This document shows, one piece after another, positions 59,017-64,000 of a stretch of DNA of 64,000 bases. Within the stretch, counting starts at the first letter, position 1. Each line of letters starts with the position of its first letter. The notes under the pieces are model-generated. The model searched no databases. It saw nothing but the letters and a program-made list of their open reading frames with translations, and was not told where the DNA came from. Source of the stretch: an uncultured delta proteobacterium (GTDB lineage Bacteria; Desulfobacterota; RBG-13-43-22). The stretch covers positions 544,001-608,000 of the forward strand of contig CAWBOS010000006.1 of NCBI GenBank assembly GCA_963790475.1, read 5' to 3'. Position numbers and translations under genes: made by a program.

Positions 59017-60372
59017 TCATCCCGTCTTTTTAAGCCGGGCGGCAAAAAAACCGTCCATCCGATGAGTTGGAGGCCAGGTCTGGTAGCAACCCCGGGTGTC
59101 CATTAATTCCCGGGCTTTTTCTGGAAGGAAAGGAGATACATCCTCCAGAATGAAATCCGGATTTTCCTGTAAAAAATTTTGAATGACGTCTTGATTTTCT
59201 TCCCGACTCAGGGTGCAAGTGCAATAAACCAGAATCCCTTTTGATTTAAGCCATCCGGCCCCGTTTTGCAAGAACTTGTTTTGCATACGGGCCAGGCGGG
59301 GGCTGTCTTCCGGTCCAAGTCTCCATTTGAGGTCCGGATTGCGTCCTATGACCCCCCAACCCGAACAGGGGGCATCAATCAGGATTCGGTCAAAGATCCG
59401 GGCTGTCTTCGAAAACAGGTCTTCTTTCAGACCATTTTCTGCCAGGCCCTGAATGATGCCGATTCCCAATCTTCCGGTGTTTTCCAAAAGGGCTTTTATC
59501 TTTTCAGGATGAAGGTCAACGGCCATAATATTCCCCTGATCGTTCATCAATTGGGCCAGATGACCGGCTTTCCCTCCTGCTCCGGCACAAAGATCCAAGA
59601 TCCTCTCCCCCGGTTGGGGATCAAGAATCGGGGCAATCATCTGGGAGGCTTCATCCTGGATTTGAAAGATGCCTTGTTGATGCAATTCATCCAGGAACAG
59701 CGGCCTTTTTGGCCCTTCAATCCTAATCCCGACACTCGAGTAAGAAGTGGCTTCCAGCGCCAGGGCCTTGGATTTTAGTCTTTCCAAAAGTTGTTGCCGG
59801 TTGATTTTCAGCGTGTTGACCCGGATGGTATAAGGTGGAATTTGATTGTTGGACTCACACAAAGCCTGGGTCTTTTCAAAACCGAAGGTTTCCAGCCATC
59901 GTTCCACCAGCCAGGTGGGGTGAGAGAAATTTACCGCCAGATAAGAAACCGGATCCTCCCGGGTGGGGAAGGAAAGGACTTGTCTCCTTCGATCCAGGGA
60001 CCGTAATACAGCGTTGACAATATTAGCTGTCCAGGGCTCACGACCCGATTTGGCCAGCTTTACCGATTCATTGACCGCTGCGGAAACGGGGATCCGGGAA
60101 AGAAAAAGGATTTGGAAGACCCCCAGTCTCAAAACAAACAAAGTCCTCAGGGATAACTTTTCCAAGCGGGTTAGGGATAATTGCCTCAGGACCCAGTCAA
60201 TTTTACCCTGCCAGCGCAGGACCCCGTATACCAGTTGATAAATAAGGGAACGGTCCACTGGTTTGATCTGGGGATATTTTTCCAGCAGGTCCCTTAAAAG
60301 CTGATCCGGATATGTCCCGGTTCGATGCCAGGAAAGAAGGACCTGAAGGGCTAAGGATCGGGCATTGCTCAT
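59017..60372 (-). CDS. rsmB: 16S rRNA m5C967 methyltransferase
   Basis: NusB-like N-terminus, QDEAS, DLCAGAGGK, DAPCSG, YCTCT. Confidence 0.95.
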   Translation of the reverse strand: MSNARSLALQVLLSWHRTGTYPDQLLRDLLEKYPQIKPVDRSLIYQLVYGVLRWQGKIDWVLRQLSLTRLEKLSLRTLFVLRLGVFQILFLSRIPVSAAVNESVKLAKSGREPWTANIVNAVLRSLDRRRQVLSFPTREDPVSYLAVNFSHPTWLVERWLETFGFEKTQALCESNNQIPPYTIRVNTLKINRQQLLERLKSKALALEATSYSSVGIRIEGPKRPLFLDELHQQGIFQIQDEASQMIAPILDPQPGERILDLCAGAGGKAGHLAQLMNDQGNIMAVDLHPEKIKALLENTGRLGIGIIQGLAENGLKEDLFSKTARIFDRILIDAPCSGWGVIGRNPDLKWRLGPEDSPRLARMQNKFLQNGAGWLKSKGILVYCTCTLSREENQDVIQNFLQENPDFILEDVSPFLPEKARELMDTRGCYQTWPPTHRMDGFFAARLKKTG

Positions 60373-61334
60373 CTGAACCCTAACCGGTCTCCGACTTTGA
60401 TGGAAAACCCCCGAAGCAATTCTTTGGAGGACATCGGCCGGCGCCCCTCCATTTGAACTTCCATCAGCGAAATGAGTCCCTGTCCGGTGCGGACTTGGAT
60501 TGTTTCATCCCTTAGGGAATGGATTGTTCCCGGAATTCCTCGAGTTTCAATTGACTCAAACCCTGCCCGGTGAATAAGCATTCTTTTTCCGTGAAGAAAG
60601 GTAAAGGCCCCGGGCCAGGGAGACAGACCTCGTATCCAATGGTCAATTTCTACGGCCGGGAGGTCCCAGCGGATCTCCCCCTGGGCCTTTTTTAGAGGAG
60701 GGGCATAGCTTGCCAGGGAAGAGTCCTGCGGTTGCGGAATAAGAGTGCCTTCGCGAAGTAAGTTCAGTGTTCGCAACAATACTCGTCCCCCTTGTTCTGA
60801 AAGTCGATCATGGAGGCTTTGGGCCGTATCGGTTTCAGTAATGGGATCCCTTTCCTGCAGCAAAATGTCTCCGGTATCCATACCCGGATCCAGGCGCATG
60901 GTGGTGATTCCGGTTTCCTTTTCCCCCGAGATAATAGCCCATTGGATCGGGGCCGCTCCCCGATACTTGGGGAGCAAGGAGGCATGGACATTAATGGCCC
61001 CCCAGGTTGGGATATTGAGAACCGCCTGTGGAAGGATCAGTCCATAGGCGACAACAATCAATAAATCCGGTTTTTGTTCGGCCAGTTGGTCCTGAACAAA
61101 ACTTTCTTTCAAAGAGACTGGCTGAAATACAGGCAGGTGATAGGAAAGGGCCCGCTCCTTTACCGGAGAAGGTGCGGATTTTCTACCCCTCCCTTTGGGA
61201 CGGTCCGGCTGGGTATAGACCGAAATCACTTCTTCCCCGGCTTCCAGTAGAGCCGTTAGTGAGGGCAGGGCAAAATCCGGGGTGCCCATGAAGATGAGAC
61301 GGGAATAGCTGGTCGGTCGCTGAAAAAGGCCCAT
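60369..61334 (-). CDS. fmt: Methionyl-tRNA formyltransferase
   Basis: FMGTPDFA, TQPDRPKGRG, NVHASLLPKYRGAAPIQ. Confidence 0.97.
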   Translation of the reverse strand: MGLFQRPTSYSRLIFMGTPDFALPSLTALLEAGEEVISVYTQPDRPKGRGRKSAPSPVKERALSYHLPVFQPVSLKESFVQDQLAEQKPDLLIVVAYGLILPQAVLNIPTWGAINVHASLLPKYRGAAPIQWAIISGEKETGITTMRLDPGMDTGDILLQERDPITETDTAQSLHDRLSEQGGRVLLRTLNLLREGTLIPQPQDSSLASYAPPLKKAQGEIRWDLPAVEIDHWIRGLSPWPGAFTFLHGKRMLIHRAGFESIETRGIPGTIHSLRDETIQVRTGQGLISLMEVQMEGRRPMSSKELLRGFSIKVGDRLGFR

Positions 61335-61435
61335 CTACTTTGTTGTCCTCATCCCTCGTCATTGCGACGTACTTTTATGTACGCCTCATTCCTCAGGACT
61401 TCGGACGCCTCGTATCTAGACCTTTTTGACCAACC
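61315..61435. mobile_element. 121-bp MITE-like palindromic element overlapping the fmt start
   Basis: Imperfect IRs GGTCGCTGAAAAAGG / CCTTTTTGACCAACC; central CGTAC..GTACG hairpin; end sequence AGATGGGCCTTTTTCAGC recurs at 6003-6020. Confidence 0.65.
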
Positions 61436-61463
61436 TTGGAAGAAGGAGTTTTTTCGCATTCCA

Positions 61464-61982
61464 TTAGGTAGCTTCACTCTGGTTTTTTAGTTTCTTCTGG
61501 ACCCTCTTTTTGTAAAGGGCCCGCTTCAGGGCGCTGATGCGATCAATGAAAAGGATTCCATCCAGGTGATCGATCTCATGCTGCAAAACCGTGGCCAGGA
61601 CACCTTCCCCGCAAATCTCCACCGGTTGTCCCTTGGCATCCAACCCGCGGACCTTAACCTTGGCCTTTCTTTTGACCTCTGAAAAATACTCCGGTACGCT
61701 TAAGCAGCCTTCTTCTAATATCTGCTCTCCCTCGGACTCAATAATTTCAGGATTAATCAGAAAGGAGGGATTTCGGCCCTCTTCCCTGGGTGTAACATCA
61801 AAGACGATGATCCGTATCGTTTTTCCTACTTGGGTGGCGGCCAGACCGATACCGGGGGCTTGATACATGGTCTCGATCATATCTTCGATCAGCTTATGTA
61901 ACGAGGGGTCTATATCCTGTACAGGTTCTGCTTTTAGTTGAAGGTTTGGATCAGGGTATTTGCAAATTTCAAGAACAGCCAT
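61464..61982 (-). CDS. def: Peptide deformylase
   Basis: GIGLAATQ, EGCLS and QHEIDHL motifs. Confidence 0.97.
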   Translation of the reverse strand: MAVLEICKYPDPNLQLKAEPVQDIDPSLHKLIEDMIETMYQAPGIGLAATQVGKTIRIIVFDVTPREEGRNPSFLINPEIIESEGEQILEEGCLSVPEYFSEVKRKAKVKVRGLDAKGQPVEICGEGVLATVLQHEIDHLDGILFIDRISALKRALYKKRVQKKLKNQSEAT

Positions 61983-62044
61983 CTGAAAACTTTCTAAAAA
62001 ATAAGAATTTTATCGGCCTCTGGCCTCGTGCCTATCGACCATCT

Positions 62045-64000
62045 TTATAACATATCCACCGGATCAACATCCAGGATAATTTGAACTCCCGTGCCCTTTA
62101 ACAGCACCCTTTCCGCTTCCCGGATCAAGGTAGCCGCCTGATGCAATATCCGGTTGTTTTCTCCTTTTAACAAAACCTGCCAGCGATATCGTCCTTTGAT
62201 CTTGGCGATCGGGGCCGGAACCGGCCCTAATAATTCCAATGAGGAGTTCCAATTATTTTTCTGGGCTTCTTTTCTTAACAACCGGCTTGTTTTTTCTATT
62301 ATCTCAATTACTTCTGTTTCCTGGTTTCCCTGAAAAAGGCAATTGATCAGTCGGGAGAAAGGCGGGTATTTCAAGGACCGTCGAAATCGGATTTCCTGGT
62401 TATAAAACCCCAAATAATCATGCTGACCGACGTATTTAAAAATATAATGATCAGGATTAAAGGTTTGAAGATAAACTTGGCCCGGGTGGATTCCACGGCC
62501 GGCCCGACCGGCCACTTGGGCCAGGAGTTGAAAGGTTCTTTCTCCGGCCCGAAAATCAGGCCAGTTCAGCGAAAGGTCGGCACACAGCACCCCGATCAGG
62601 GTTACCTGGGGGAAATCATGGCCCTTAGTGATCATCTGTGTCCCGATCAGGATATTGGTTGTTTGATCTTCAAATTTTTTCAGGATTTTAAAATGGGCCC
62701 CTTTTCGAGCCACCGTATCCCCGTCCATCCGGTCGATGGAGGCCTTGGGGAAAAGACCGGCCAGTTCCTTTTCCACCTTTTCCGTGCCCATGCCCAGGGC
62801 CTTGACCCCTTCCAGAAGACAGGAAGGACAACGCAACGGCATCGGCATATGGTAACCGCAGGTATGACAGAGGAGCCGGCCCTCCCGGGCGTGATAGGTC
62901 AGGGTCAGAGAGCAGTTGCGGCATTTGACGACTTCACCGCAAAGGGTGCAGAGGATCAGGGTATCAAACCCCCGGCGGTTCAGGAAAAGCAGGGTTTGCC
63001 TCCCTTGCTCCAGGTTGCGGCCAATGGCTTCTTCAAGGAGGGGAGAGAATAGAGGGATTTTTCGGCCCCGACGAACTTCTTTCATGTCGATCAGTTTTAT
63101 TTCCGGCAAGGTTTGTTCCTGGACCCGCTTGTTGATCCCCAGGTAACCGATCTTTTTATTTCTTCGCAGATAAAGGGTGGATATCGACGGGGTGGCCGAT
63201 CCCAGAACCACCACGGACGAAGCCTGCCGCCCCCGGACCAGGGCCAGATCCCGGGCATTATAACGCAGGGAGTCGCTCTGTTTATAAGAAGAATCGTGCT
63301 CCTCATCGACCACGATCAGTCCCAGAGAACCCAAAGGAGCGAAGATGGCTGATCGGGTTCCAATGACTATCGGGCATAAACCTTTCTGAATCCGTCGCCA
63401 TTGATCTAACCGTTCTCCGGGGTTCAGGCCGCTATGGAGCAGGGCGATCTTATCCCCGAAACGAAGACGAAACCGACCCTCCATCAGGGGAATCAGACCG
63501 ATTTCAGGGACCAGAATCAGAGCCTGATGCCCCTGCTCAACCGTTTCAGCCGCTGCCCGCAAATACACCTCGGTTTTTCCCGATCCGGTGACCCCATGAA
63601 GGAGCAAAGTTTGATAGGAGCCGGATTTGAGCGCTTCGCCGATCCGGGTCAAAGCCTGTTCCTGCTCCCCGGTCAAGACAAAAGGACCATTTTCTTGAAC
63701 CAGGATCTCCCCCAAGGGATCACGCCAGCAGACCTGTTCTCGGATTTCAATCAATCCTTTCCGACCCAGAGTGGTCAGGCGCTGGTTCGATAGCGGAAAA
63801 TTTATCCTGAGATTTTTTAAAGGTAAACCGGGCAACGGGGCAAGAAATTCAAAAAGGGAATGATCTTTGGTTGGAAAATTTTCCTTTTGAAAATTGACCC
63901 CCGGATAAAGCCATCTTTCTTTTTTGAGACGGGCGGTCTCCTTTTTCTCGCGGGTAATTTGCAGAATCCAGCCCCGGGCTTCAAAATATTTCAAGATCCT
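62045..64000 (-). CDS. priA: Primosomal protein N' (5' end outside the window)
   Basis: GVTGSGKT, DEEH, SATP, four CxxC Zn motifs, QVAGRAGR, DVDP. Confidence 0.96.
   Translation of the reverse strand, partial: RILKYFEARGWILQITREKKETARLKKERWLYPGVNFQKENFPTKDHSLFEFLAPLPGLPLKNLRINFPLSNQRLTTLGRKGLIEIREQVCWRDPLGEILVQENGPFVLTGEQEQALTRIGEALKSGSYQTLLLHGVTGSGKTEVYLRAAAETVEQGHQALILVPEIGLIPLMEGRFRLRFGDKIALLHSGLNPGERLDQWRRIQKGLCPIVIGTRSAIFAPLGSLGLIVVDEEHDSSYKQSDSLRYNARDLALVRGRQASSVVVLGSATPSISTLYLRRNKKIGYLGINKRVQEQTLPEIKLIDMKEVRRGRKIPLFSPLLEEAIGRNLEQGRQTLLFLNRRGFDTLILCTLCGEVVKCRNCSLTLTYHAREGRLLCHTCGYHMPMPLRCPSCLLEGVKALGMGTEKVEKELAGLFPKASIDRMDGDTVARKGAHFKILKKFEDQTTNILIGTQMITKGHDFPQVTLIGVLCADLSLNWPDFRAGERTFQLLAQVAGRAGRGIHPGQVYLQTFNPDHYIFKYVGQHDYLGFYNQEIRFRRSLKYPPFSRLINCLFQGNQETEVIEIIEKTSRLLRKEAQKNNWNSSLELLGPVPAPIAKIKGRYRWQVLLKGENNRILHQAATLIREAERVLLKGTGVQIILDVDPVDML

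Overview
64-kb bacterial chromosomal segment; gene content and repeat families suggest an anaerobic Desulfobacterota/deltaproteobacterial genome (inference). Positions 1-46 kb carry accessory metabolic genes (acyl-CoA, redox, radical SAM, O-acetylation) and many small palindromic repeats and MITEs. Positions 46-58 kb form a defence hotspot between radC and rpe: type I RM, two HEPN proteins, an HTH-ImmA/DUF4411 pair and an IS5/IS1182-like element. The core priA-def-fmt-rsmB-rpe block ends the window. Main observations: (1) a complete IS110 inserted at a CT core inside a REP-like palindrome, with a circle-junction promoter and a readable 3' bridge RNA whose loops match its own target and donor; (2) a duplicated HsdS C-terminal tail (FRGELxPQDPNDEP) bracketing an ApeA-like HEPN gene and preceding a second HEPN gene; (3) a ligase-less, domain-reordered propionyl-CoA-synthase-like reductase-hydratase fusion that appears to keep the CO2-binding residues of enoyl-CoA carboxylases, next to a carboxyltransferase; (4) a ~190-nt structured repeat with complementary loops and an unassigned ~220-nt ncRNA candidate. 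Five genes have single-base homopolymer frameshifts, probably assembly errors. No rRNA, tRNA or CRISPR array was seen. All family calls come from motif recognition by eye, not database searches.
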